DNA of 63,242 bases, filler included, from Octopus bimaculoides (GCF_001194135.2; 7 parts of 7 records of this genome joined end to end with filler, not necessarily neighbours in it), one strand, 5' to 3'; numbered from the whole stretch's first letter, positions 24,785 to 36,956 are shown. Notes: generated by a model not told the origin, from the sequence alone. Program-made: numbers and translations.

Positions 24785-25801
24785 CTAGAATGTCATCAGG
24801 CACTCACAACCCTCTACCAGTCAATGAGGAAACTAGGGATAGAAGAATGGTTAGTGAGAGCTGTGCGAGCCATGTACAGAAACTCTGTCAGTAAGGTGAG
24901 GATTGGCAGAGAGTACAGTGAAGAATTCTGGGTGGAGGTAGGGGTCCACCAAGGTTCTGTCCTCAGCCCCCTTCTATTTATCATAGTTCTCCAGGCTATA
25001 ACAGAGGAATTCAAGACAGGATGCCCCTGGGAGCTCCTCTATGCTAATGACCTTGCACTAATTGCTGAGTCACTATCACAATTAGAGGAGAAGTTTAATG
25101 TATAGAAGCAAGGACTAGAATCAAAGGGCCTTAGAGTCAACCTAGCTAAAACCAAAGTCCTCAAAAGTAGGAAGGCAGACAAAACACAAACCCCTTCAGG
25201 TAGATGGCCCTGCTCGATCTGTAGAAAAGGAGTGGGAAGTAACTCTATAAGATGTACCCAGTGCAAGCTATGGACACATAAGAGGTGCAGCAATATCAAA
25301 GGAAGGTTAACTAGGAAGTTAGTTTTTGTTTGCAGCAGATGTTCTGGAGCTATAAATACTGGAAATGTGCAGAAAACAACTTCTGTCACACTCCAGGGAG
25401 AAAACCTGGACGTAGTTGATAGCTTCCGCTATCTGGGTGACCAAGTTAGTAGTGGGGGAGAGTGCACTGAAACTGTATCTGCTAGAATTAGAATAGCCTG
25501 GGCAAAGTTCAGAGAGCTCTTACCTCTGCTGGCGACAAAGGGTCTCTCTCTCAGAGTAAAAGGCAGATTGTATGACGCATGTGTACGAACAGCCATGCTT
25601 CATGGCAGTGAAACATGGGCCGTGACTGCTGAGGACATGCGTAGGCTCGCAAGGAATGAAGCCAGTATGCTCTGATGGATGTGTAATGTCAGTGTGCATA
25701 CTAGACAGAGTGTCAGTACCTTGAGAGAAAAGTTGAACTTACGAAGCATCAGTTGTAGTGTGCAAGAGAGACGACTGCGCTGGTATGGTCATGTAGTGAG
25801 A
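24785..25801 (+). mobile_element. RTE-clade LINE, reverse transcriptase region with Cys/His finger insertion (stops present; cut by gap)
   Basis: RKLGIEEWLVRAVRAMY, GVHQGSVLSPLLF, LLYANDL, GLRVNLAKTKV, DSFRYLG, LHGSETW, RRLRWYGHV. Confidence 0.93.
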
Positions 25802-25901
25802 NNNNNNNNNNNNNNNNNNNNNNNNNNNNNNNNNNNNNNNNNNNNTTAATTAATTAANNNNNNNNNNNNNNNNNNNNNNNNNNNNNNNNNNNNNNNNNNN
25901 N

Positions 25902-25945
<44 letters not shown>

Positions 25946-27034
25946 ATGCTTTGTACGTCCACGTCGACACTTATGTGTATATGTATATATGTATGAATAG
26001 GCGTATTATATATATTTGTATGTATGCAGGTCGATGTGGACATGAACGATTGTGTCTACACATATATCTCCATTGTAATCTGCCCTAAACGCAAGCGTGT
26101 ATTTGCATATATACGTTTCTACCTTGGAATACAATTTTCATAGACATCAACATAAGCTTTCTCACAAATATATACACCTGTATAATCTGAAAATATAATT
26201 CTCCCAAATAGATTGCTCTTCATATTCAAAGCTCTGATGAAGCTATAGGATGTTGTCCTGGTACTCAGCTAAGAGCACACCACATCTTATAGAAGGACCA
26301 ACTGTACGCTAATGGAGCTCATTGTATAACATTTGGCTTTTCCGGTGTTATCAGTTTTGCTTCTGTTACCACTCTATACTCATATAACGTTATGTTCTGG
26401 ACCATACGTATATTGAGTTCTACACCAGTTTATTAGTAACGCTATGGGTATATTATTGTACATGCAGATATATATATATATACACACACACATATATATA
26501 TTATACATATATATAAACATATACATATACACATACACATGTCTATATATATATATATGTATGTATATATANNNNNNNNNNNNNNNNNNNNNNNNNNNNN
26601 NNNNNNNNNNNNNNNNNNNNNNNNNNNNNNNNNNNNNNNNNNNNNNNNNNNNNNNNNNNNNNNNNNNNNNNNNNNNNNNNNNNNNNNNNNNNNNNNNNNN
26701 NNNNNNNNNNNNNNNNNNNNNNNNNNNNNNNNNNNNNNNNNNNNNNNNNNNNNNNNNNNNNNNNNNNNNNNNNNNNNNNNNNNNNNNNNNNNNNNNNNNN
26801 NNNNNNNNNNNNNNNNNNNNNNNNNNNNNNNNNNNNNNNNNNNNNNNNNNNNNNNNNNNNNNNNNNNNNNNNNNNNNNNNNNNNNNNNNNNNNNNNNNNN
26901 NNNNNNNNNNNNNNNNNNNNNNNNNNNNNNNNNNNNNNNNNNNNNNNNNNNNNNNNNNNNNNNNNNNNNNNNNNNNNNNNNNNNNNNNGTGTGTGTGTGT
27001 GTGTGTCTGTTATATGTTTAGTTTTATTTTTCAG

Positions 27035-27198
27035 GTGAAACTGGTGATTTATAAAAATCAAACAGTTGTGTTGACTATGGTTTTCGACGGACGAAATTCA
27101 ACCTTTGAAAGCTGGTTCTCTCTTGCAAACTTGAAAAGTTCTCCATGGAATGACCTATCTTCAACCGACCCAGATCATTTCTCAATTAAAGGATATAC
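27035..27198 (+). CDS. Host gene 1, internal coding exon (phase 0 to 2), unnamed invertebrate domain
   Basis: Acceptor TTTTATTTTTCAG|, donor |GTATGT; VKLVIYKNQTVVLTMVFDGRNSTFESWFSLANLKSSPWNDLSSTDPDHFSIKGYT; phase matches the next exon. Confidence 0.88.
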
Positions 27199-27776
27199 GT
27201 ATGTTATAAATAGATTTTTTCTCTTTCACTGTGCAGAGACGTATTGTCGTATTGTGCGAAAAGCACTTTTCGTATGCTACTAATATAAACCTGTTTTTTA
27301 ACTCCATATATTTATTCCCGATATTTTCTTAATCGCGTTGTGAATTTACCTTCAGTCTGAACAAACGATTCTATAGACGGCTGTTGGAGCTGTCAATGCA
27401 GATTTTAACAGAATGGCATAGACGTTTATATATCATACCTAACGTAGACACACTCCTGACAGGTCAGTTACTGCAATATTTGTCCTGATATAACGTCTTT
27501 TCCTCTCATTTTCCGCTGCTTGGAGAATTTTTGTTTCACCCATATTTATTGTGTTCGTAACACAACAAATCCATAGGAGTTGTTATCTCAGAGAATATAC
27601 TGCTAAGGTAACTAGCCTATGCACAGTGTGTATATACTTTAAATATGATACACAAATGGCTATTTTAATTAAATACAGACTGATTCAAATGTGTGCATGG
27701 AAAATAATGTTATATTTATTAAACGCTTATATATTCTCATTCTATAACCGAAACAAATATTTTTCCAACTCTGCAG

Positions 27777-27937
27777 AGGTTTACGTCGCTTCTATATATC
27801 GGAGCAGAGTAGCTGTTTATACGAAAGTGGCTGGCTAGCCTTAATTGAATCTGAAGGATACTGTATTTATGAGCAAATGGGTCATTATCCTACAATTCAT
27901 TATTCTGATGCAAACTCGATTGTCCGCTGGAACGACG
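27777..27937 (+). CDS. Host gene 1, penultimate coding exon (phase 2 to 1)
   Basis: Acceptor TTTTCCAACTCTGCAG|, donor |GTAAGT; GLRRFYISEQSSCLYESGWLALIESEGYCIYEQMGHYPTIHYSDANSIVRWND. This frame is not in the ORF track. Confidence 0.88.
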
Positions 27938-28272
27938 GTAAGTGATGTTTTCATTTTGTGTGTGTGTGTGTGTGTGTGTATGTCTCTCTCTCTCTCTGTC
28001 GCTCTCCCCCTTTTATTTTCTTTCTCTCTCTCTCTTAATGTGAGTAGTAATTGTAGAAGTTATTTTTATACTTATTGTTCATCAGCCAACCATCCTTCAT
28101 TCAACTGAATTATGATGAAAGGCGTTCTGACCGTGACCCACCTGAATGTTTCCCATTACACTATGTGGAGACTTGGCTGCCATTTCTAGTAATACGAGCG
28201 ACCGCTTATGAACACTTTCCACGGTATATTTCAATTCCTTTTTGCTGTTGATGTTGTTATTGTTACTTGCAG

Positions 28273-28322
28273 GTTTCGGATTAGCAGACGCCTTGGCCAT
28301 ATTCATCCGCCTGAGGCAGTAG
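28273..28322 (+). CDS. Host gene 1, terminal coding exon
   Basis: Acceptor TGTTACTTGCAG|; GFGLADALAIFIRLRQ*. The three exons total 375 nt, in frame, 124 aa plus stop. Confidence 0.85.
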
Positions 28323-28431
28323 AACTAACCCCAGCACATGATATCCATTGATACTATTGTTCTTGTTGTTCACGTTCACCCAATCCAGCTGACCACCACA
28401 AGTGATGCACAAACGTCAAGTATTACCTGTC

Positions 28432-28437
28432 AATAAA
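28432..28437 (+). promoter_or_regulatory. Candidate polyadenylation signal of gene 1
   Basis: AATAAA ~110 nt after the stop codon. Confidence 0.55.
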
Positions 28438-28546
28438 GAATCCATACAAATATTCTATCCAGCATCGGTCTTTGAAGTTGTGATTCTCTTTCTCTCTTTC
28501 CAGTTGTTGTTGTTGTTGTTCCATTTCACATCTGACCAGATATATA

Positions 28547-28598
<52 letters not shown>

Positions 28599-29234
28599 CG
28601 TGTGCGTGCGTGTGTGTGTGTATACATATTGGCGTAAATGTCAAATAATTAGAATGAGTGCTCAACATCGCATTTGTGAATAAATATTCTGTATTTGTAT
28701 TAAGTCTATTAATGGTTTCGCGTGAAGAAAATTGCTTAATACTTCAACAAGGCATTTTCTGGAGCTGTTACGCAGTAGAACTGACACCAGAACCATGTTG
28801 TTGTGAAGTAAGCTTCTTACTAAACAACCACACAGAACTAAGTAAATAGGTGCGAAACAAGGTGGTAAAATAGTACTCAAATACCAATGGCAGAGTAATA
28901 TATTATTTTATTAAAGCCAAAAGAAGCTTTACGAAACTGTTACTCGGAGTTTCTCCTAACCGTTCAACAGACAACTGTGAGAATACGGAATAATTATGTT
29001 ATGTGAGTATATGTAATACAATATAGTCTTTAGTGTATACAATTCAATGAATGAGCATTTCAATCTGATTGAGTAATTAATTTTAAAATGAAATAGTGTA
29101 TAACTGGTTGCCAGCAGAGAAATCAATATAAACAACAGTGTAATGGGAAAAAGATCCTGTAAAAGTGAGTAAAGAAATGAACAGAATAAAATAGATTGTC
29201 CAGAAATTGGAATTGCAAAAGAAAAATAATACAA

Positions 29235-29400
29235 GGCGCCGGAGTGGCTGTGTGTTAAGTGGCTTGCTTACCAGCCACATGGTTCCAGGGTCAGTCCCAC
29301 TGCGTGGCACCTTGGGCAAGTGTCTTCTACTATAGCCGCGGGCCGACCAAAGCATTCTGAGTGAATTTGGTAGACGGAAATTGAAAGAAGCCCGTCGTAG
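29235..29400 (+). mobile_element. SINE family A/B, 5' half (tRNA-like head) followed by TA/TG microsatellite
   Basis: GGCGCCGGAGTGGCTGTGTG...GGTTCCAGGGTCAGTCCCACTGCGTGGCACCTTGGGCAAGTGTCTTCTAC...GAAAGAAGCCCGTCG. Confidence 0.88.
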
Positions 29401-29564
29401 ATATGTATATGCATATAAATATGTGTGTGTGTTCGTGTGTTTGTGTTTGTTAATATCGGAATTAAAATTAAAGATTAAAAGCTGTTGTTGAGAATGAAAT
29501 AAGTAAACAAGCAAATAAGTAAATCAATAATAAAAGAAAAGAAAAGGGAAGAAGTAATAGTTAA

Positions 29565-29780
29565 AATGGTTTCGAATTTTGGCACAAGGCCAGCAATTTC
29601 GTAGGAAGGGTAAGACAATTATATAGAACCGAATACTTAACTGGTACTTATTTTATCGATCTCGATTGGACGAAAGGCAAAGGCGACCTCGGTTCCATTT
29701 GAATTCAGGACTTTAATTCGGAAGAAATGCTCCGAAGCAATTTTCTCCAGCGATAACGACTCTACCATCTCCGCCGCCCC
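29565..29780 (-). mobile_element. Degenerate SINE family C
   Basis: Reverse head GGGGCGGCGGAGATGGTAGAGTCGTTATC, core GGTCGCCTTTGCCTTTCGTCC..GATAAAATAAGTACCAG, tail GGCCTTGTGCCAAAATTCG. Confidence 0.75.
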
Positions 29781-29804
29781 AGGAATACTACAACAACAAC
29801 AACA

Positions 29805-29868
<64 letters not shown>

Positions 29869-30318
29869 ATGGAATTAGAAGAAAAGAAAAAGTGAAAGAA
29901 AATACGAAAAAATGAAGTTCTTTTGCCGTTCCAATAAGTATTAATGTGGATGGTGTTCGAATGAGAGTTCGGTTGGTGTAGATTGATACAACGGGGAGGA
30001 GATCAAAATCTATGAGACTGAATGTTTAATCCGGAGAGGAAGCTCTTCACCAGCTGAACGAAAGAAATTTGTCCGTATGTTTATATTTAATAAAAATGTC
30101 GGATCAAGAATTTAGTAGACCTGTGGAATTATCACACCTATACAGAATGAGATCTTTCGGCTGCACAAAATGGATACAGCTCTTGCTTTCTTTCTTTTTC
30201 AATTCTTTTCTCTACTTTNNNNNNNNNNNNNNNNNNNNNNNNNNNNNNNNNNNNNNNNNNNNNNNNNNNNNNNNNNNNNNNNNNNNNNNNNNNNNNNNNN
30301 NNNNNNNNNNNNNNNNNN

Positions 30319-30380
<62 letters not shown>

Positions 30381-30440
30381 TTATTATTATTATTACTACT
30401 ACTAATATTACTAACAATAATAGTTGTAATTATTATTATT

Positions 30441-30993
30441 CAGTCAGAGAGCAGTGTATGCCATGAAAAGTGACCCTGGGCTAAAATACACGAAGCCCAG
30501 TATACCGTCATGACTAACGATATAAAGGTACACCGGGCACATGCATCACAACCATATGTGCGCGACATGGTGACCTCATACCAAGTTAAACAGCACATGA
30601 CCTTGCAGGTGGGGGCCCAGTTAGAATTTTCTTCAGGTCGAGTAGCACATCCCAATCAAACGGTCCCTGGATAAGGTCTGTTTAAGGATGTTGAATGAAA
30701 CACTCATGTTTCCAGAGCTTAATTATCCAAACCACAATGAATTCCTCTCAACACATGGCTATGATGATCCCCCACTACTTCTGCTCATGATCAGAGATGC
30801 ACATATCGTCAGCCACCAAGAGACATGCTCAACTGATTAAGGTCAAACAACTGACAAGTAAATATATGGTATTGAGCAGAATATTTGCTGTAGCCCATCT
30901 TTTATACCAGGACAAAACAATGTACATCATAACACTTCCAATTCTTTAACATCGGAAGCCATGAGAGCCACTTCCCGGTTCTGCATCAGGGCA
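30441..30993 (-). mobile_element. Element D, apparently full length (~553 bp), between (AAT)n runs
   Basis: 5' end TGCCCTGATGCAGAACCGGG at 30993, matching the start at 40775; 3' end followed by AATAATAAT. Confidence 0.88.
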
Positions 30994-31003
30994 TTTTTTA
31001 TTA

Positions 31004-31049
<46 letters not shown>

Positions 31050-31084
31050 CATTATTGTTATTGTTGTTGTTGTTGTTGTTGTTG

Positions 31085-33458
31085 TTTTTGCATTTGTTCT
31101 GCATCCTTGTTACATTCAGTTGCCGAAACACACCCTGCGTCCTGGGAGGAGTGAAGAATAAGATATGTTATATGTCTGAAAGTTTGGGGAGGGGAGGTAG
31201 TGGAATAACTTCATGTAGTACAACATAGACATTTAAATGGATAGGGTTTTTCTAGGGATGTGGGCAGTACTTGTCAGCAAAATCTTTTGGATTTGTCTGA
31301 GACATGGTTTCCCTAGGTTCTTATATATACGTTTCTGACATCCCTTTTTTATTTATCATACCTAGGGCACCTACAATAACGGGAACAGTTCACGTTTTAA
31401 GATACCACATATTTTGTATTTCAATTTCCATGTACTTTTATTTTCTTAGTTTGTCAAATTCCTTGACGGATATATTTTTATCAGTGGAAACACTTACAAC
31501 TATTAGTGTACAATTATTTTCTTCCCTGTCTTTAATTATTATGTCTGGTCAATTAGCATGAATCGTTCTGTGAGTACTGATTAGAAAATTCCAGCGGATA
31601 AAGACATTTTAACCTTCAACGACTGGCTCAGGTTGGTGTTCGTACCAGTAAGCAGGAGTGCTGATTTTGTAGTGTTTACATATTTTTCAATGTAAATACT
31701 GTCCTACCTTATCGTGGCGATTTTTGTATTCGCTTGGTGTCAGCAAAGGAGATCCCGAGAGGAGATGGGATATTGTTTCGTTCAATGTGTCGCAGAATCA
31801 GCATTTAGAACCGTATTAAAGAACGTTAACCTGATAGTTTTTTGTAAGCAAGCTTTGGTCTTGTGCTGCCAATATGAAACCTTCAGTCTCTGCTTTCAGT
31901 CCTGGATTTCTCAGCCACTGATGGTTTGTTGCTTGATCTACATCACCATTTCGACGTCGAAGTATATACTGTCCATGCAGAGGCTTCTGGTTCGATCGCT
32001 CCTCAATTTGCTTCTTCCCGATCTTTTTTTACAGTCTACTTGACCTATTTTGCTTGTTTTGAGGCCATGGTTTCAGGTTCTTCAACTATTTCAGGGTTAA
32101 TGCCAAGTTCCCTCGCGAATTTGTAAGCTTCCTTGACAATCGAATGTGACTCGTTGCTGCTGCCATGTTTGCACACAAGTCGCAGTGTCCAGTCCTCTGC
32201 ACTAAATAAGTACTGTTCATTGCTATTGTGGAGGTCTTATAACACATTTCTACCTGCATCATTTCTCTTCCCCCCATTACTTCTAGATAAGTACAGAAGT
32301 TCAACATTTGATTTTGCGTGGTATATGTTCTAAGAAGTTTGTATTGCTGTTGTTTTCCAGTCCAGTCTTTGGAGCTCTGTAAGATTCCAGTTAATGATGT
32401 TAAAAACTATATTGGACTACTGGAAGTGCCAGGGTGTCAATGGCTTCTATGTGATTTTTCGAGTTGAGATCAGTCTTTAGTATGAGACTTATTCTCCTGT
32501 AATATTTTTTTCCTATATCTTCGTTCATAGTAGCATGTTGTACACTATCTGCTTCGTTCATCCCCAGGTATTTGTAATTTTCCTGTGGGCCAAGCTCCTT
32601 GATTTTAGTGTCGGCATCTAATTTAATGGAAGCTGTTTGCCTGGACTTGCCTCTTACAAAAGTTGCTTTAGTAACCTTAACAAAGCCAAAGTCCCTCCCG
32701 ATGTCACTGCTGGGTTGTTTAACAATTGTTCGCAACCCTACTTGCTCATCGTCAATTCCAGCAAACAGCTTCAGATCGTACATATAAAACAGATGGTTTA
32801 TTATCGTATACCTGGTGGTATTTAGTACGTTTGAGAGTGGGATCAGTGCCATGTAAAAGAGTAATGGGAACGAGTCACCTTGAACGATGCCTCGTTTGAT
32901 GTTAGTTTGGCTCATCTCATTACTATGGTTTAGAAGGAGACGTGTGTTCCACTTAGCCATGCTACCTTGTAAGAACTTGGAGATGATAGGAGAGATCTTA
33001 TATATTTCAAGGGCCTTGAGTATCCAATTATGTGGAACACTATCAAGCGCTTTCCTGTAGTCTATCCATGCCATAATCCGGGCGATTCTCTACAATCATT
33101 TTACTTATGAGTAATTGATCTTTGCACCCAGAAGGATCCCTTTTACATTCTTTTTGAGCTTGTGGAAGGATAGATCTCTGTTCGAGGAAAAGCTTATATT
33201 CTGTCAGTTAAGATGGATGTGAGTATCTTGTAGTTGGTGTTGAGATGTGTTATTGGTCAGTAGTTGTTTGGATTTTTTGTGTCTTCAACATTTGGTAGAA
33301 GTTGTTGTTCCTTCAGTCAGCCAGGCTGACTGGTTTCTGGATGACATCAGTCAGAGATGCAACTAAATCTTGGTGTACTTCTGTCAGAAGCCAGGAATTC
33401 GGTCCAGACCTGGAGTTTAACAGTCGTGAGACTTCCTAAGAAAACATCTTAGCTCTCT
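31085..33458 (-). mobile_element. R4/Dong-clade retrotransposon, 5'-truncated and decayed (~2.4 kb)
   Basis: PGLDRIPG, KDQLL, AWIDYRKALDSVPHNW, RGIVQGDS, LFYMYDLKLF, YKYLG, VPVIVGALGMI; (AAC)n(AAT)n tail at ~30995-31085 and (AAT)n at the 5' junction. Confidence 0.92.
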
Positions 33459-33475
33459 TATTATTATTATCATCA

Positions 33476-33551
<76 letters not shown>

Positions 33552-33580
33552 GGTTCAGTAGTTTTATTTTTATAACGTGC
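33552..33580 (-). mobile_element. Extreme 3' end of an R4/Dong element, cut by a gap
   Basis: GTTCAGTAGTTTTATTTTTATAACGTGC matches the R4 3' terminus at ~56908-56935; its (AAT)n tail is 33459-33551. Confidence 0.8.
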
Positions 33581-33680
33581 NNNNNNNNNNNNNNNNNNNN
33601 NNNNNNNNNNNNNNNNNNNNNNNNTTAATTAATTAANNNNNNNNNNNNNNNNNNNNNNNNNNNNNNNNNNNNNNNNNNNN

Positions 33681-33735
<55 letters not shown>

Positions 33736-34111
33736 TATATATATATTTATGTTTGTATGTATATATATGTATAGGTACAGGCCCAAACATATGTATATAT
33801 ACATACACACAAACACACACACACACACGTGTGTGTGTGTGTATGCTTGTGTTTGTGTGTGTGTAATATAATATACCTTTAATGAAATAGACACACTGTA
33901 ATTATGGAATTATATCTGACTGAGAAATATACTGCCTCCAGAAATATCCATCAAACTCTTTCACTGACTTTAAATATTTCTTTGCATCAATATATTTACA
34001 TAGTATGTTCTTTTTTAATTACCACTCAGAAATACACGAGTACAAATATCATTCAATCATGCTTATGCATATACAATCACACACACATACATACTCACAC
34101 GCTCACATGCT

Positions 34112-34145
<34 letters not shown>

Positions 34146-34525
34146 NNNNNNNNNNATATATGCGTACATTCATAGGAGACAGACATTAACTACATGATAT
34201 CAGAGAGCAAAAAATATTCATTCTGAAAAAAAGAGACAACTATTATCTATTAAGAATTAAGAAAGGATGAAAATATGAAGCAACATACAAAACAGAAATC
34301 ATCCAAATAAAATTTGCTATCTTTTGATTGGGGATTAGCAAGGTACTTCATTTAGGGTTAATTATACAAAATATGACTTAACCTTTTATTATCAACATCA
34401 CTTCTTTCCTTCCATGAAATAGAAATTAGATAGCTCTTATTGTTTTTTTTAATTAAGCCATCATCATTGTCGTCGTCGTCGTCATCATCATCATCATTCT
34501 ACTACTATAACTGCTGCTGCTGCTG

Positions 34526-34577
<52 letters not shown>

Positions 34578-35470
34578 AGCTGCTACTACTAATACTAAAA
34601 CACACACACACATACACAGGCACAATCTAAATAAGAAGACAATGAAATACTTTAACACATCTATAATGATCAGTTACAATTGTTTCTGTTGGTACTCTGC
34701 ATTCAATGCCAGTTCACACAAGTATTCCAAGTGAAAATTTACATAATAATTGTGGTTTCAGACATTACAGTGACACTTCATCAGACCTGCATCAAAGGCG
34801 CACTTTGATCTTATATATACTACTAAATATATATGATCTTATATATACTACTAAAACTCTCTGATTGCTTGTTTGCTTTCTTGTCTGTCATTTAATACAG
34901 CCAAACTGGCACATAACAGGAAAATACTATGAAATAAATTACCCCTGAAATGGGAATATAAATGGAATAAATCAAGTTTCACATAAATTGGACTACAGAT
35001 TCCTGAGATATGGGTGGAGTGTGTATTCATAAATACCCAAAACGGTGCATAATGAGGGAAATACTCTGAAAATATTATAACCCTGAAAAGGAAGAAACTC
35101 TAACCTTTCAATTAGAGACAAGATCAATGTCCTTTGTATTTTGAAGACAAACTTCACGACCTGGACATAAGTTTTAGTGACTTGAACTTGCCAACGAAAA
35201 AAATACGAGTTGTTTTTATAACAAATGTTTCTATTTTCACTTTTGTTAAACACAATATTTTAATCATTTAGAAATATTTTTAAGTGAATGTGATTTCAAA
35301 ATTACAAGTTGTTTGCATAGTATGTACAAATTTATATCTTAGCTTTCTTTACACAGACAATATTCTAATTTTTAAAAAAATTATTTTCAAGCGAATACCA
35401 TTATAAAAAATTCTTTTTGGCATATTTGAAAAATATTTTAAAGTAAAAAATGACTTAGACAATACAAACT

Positions 35471-36173
35471 GGGTAAATATTTCATAAAGAACCCGTTCGT
35501 ACTACTGTGTGAATTAATTTTTCTCCACAGGTTTTTTCGAGTGCATTCAACGTATCAGACCTCCAAACCCGCAACAAACCACTTTCTTCAAGAAAAGAAA
35601 AGGGTAGAGCGGTGGTGGGGATCTCGGAGTTTCTTGTGAAACTCTGAGCCTCCCACTAACGGAGTTTTGTTTCGTGGGTTTTTTTCTTTTCCAAGTTATT
35701 TCGCATGCTTTCAACGAATGTAACATCGATATCACGCGTAAACGGCTTCTTTCTCCAGAAAAGAAGGATTTGGCTGCTATTTCTAGCACACCGTGCTTCC
35801 ACGTAACAGTTATTTCGGGTCCTTTATCGCAACTAGCTGTTACGTAGTAACAAGGCGTACTAGAACTAGTAGGCAAATCTTTCCTTTTCTAAGAAAAGGA
35901 GCCGTTCATGCGTGATTTCGATGTCACATTCGTTGAAAGTATGCAAAATAACATGGAGAAGAAAAATATTCGCGAAACAAATCTCTGTTGGTGGAAACTC
36001 GGAATTTCCTGGGAAACTCTGAGGTTCCCACCACCCTTCTATCCTTTTCTTTTCCAGAAGAAAGTGGCTTGTGGCAGGTTTGGAGATGAGATACGTTGAA
36101 TGCACTCGAAAAACCTGTGCAAAAAAACTATTTCACACCGAAGTACAAACGGGTCCTTTACGAAATATTTACT
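35471..36173. mobile_element. Foldback / MITE-like element: ~315-bp inverted arms around a ~70-bp spacer
   Basis: Left end GTAAATATTTCATAAAGAACCCGTTCGTAC versus right-end reverse complement GTAAATATTTCGTAAAGGACCCGTTTGTAC; arms align throughout (mirror ORFs both read PPP.YPFLF.KKV); no transposase seen. Confidence 0.85.
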
Positions 36174-36767
36174 CAAGATCGGGACAAGCATGCGAAAAGA
36201 AGGATCGATGAGACTGATAAAGCAAAAGCTGAGCGTCTGGCAGAACAGAGGGAAAGAGACAAAAGCAGGAGAATCATGAATTGGATGCCCATGTGAACAC
36301 AAACAAAATAAAACAAATTTCGCGTAAATCGGACCACGGGTTACCGAGATTCGCGGTTTTTTCGGGTACCTTTATAAAAAGCCAAATCGGCGTAAAATGG
36401 GGAAAATGCTTTGAAAGTAAGGTACCTATGAAATGTGAATACAAACGGAATAAATTTCGCGCAATTCGGACCATGGATTCCCGAGACACGTAGGTACCTT
36501 GAACTATTGGTGACCCAACCGGTCACAGGTAGTCTAGTATATATATATAAATGTAAGATCTAAGGATTAGGGTGTAGTAACAGGGTTAGCTTCAAGCAAA
36601 CCGTAGAGAATATAAAAGAATTCTCAGGCACAATAGCGGTTTATTGAGGCAGAGGTTTGTGGTTTTTGCCGTATCGAAGTATGGTAAAATGGAAAAAAAT
36701 GTTTTATATTTTGTGGTAGGCAGAGTTGTTAGGGTTGTGAATAAAATACAAGAGCTAAGAAATGAAA

Positions 36768-36916
36768 CAGCAGAAGTGGTTGTGTGGTAAGAAGTTTGCT
36801 TTCCAACCACATGATTCCGGGTTCAGTCCCACTGCGTGGCATCTTCTACTATAGCCTTGGGCCGACCAAAACCTTGTGAGTAGATTTGGTAAACGGAAAC
36901 TGAAAGAAGCCCGTCG

Positions 36917-36956
<40 letters not shown>

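Noticed and set aside
18441-25801. Idea that the RTE endonuclease (18.4 kb) and RT (24.8 kb) are one element split by insertions
   Set aside because: No TSDs or colinear junctions support it, and the RT piece may have its own 5' remnant.
27869-27937. Signal-peptide-like MSKWVIILQFIILMQTRLSAGTT ending at a perfect donor
   Set aside because: It is another frame of gene 1's penultimate exon; spliced to the next exon it stops after three codons, whereas the RRFYI frame continues the domain.
34940-35085. Possible minus-strand exon (VIIFSEYFPHYAPFWVFMNTH...)
   Set aside because: One open frame of ~140 nt with modest splice signals, no partner exon and no recognisable motif; compatible with chance.
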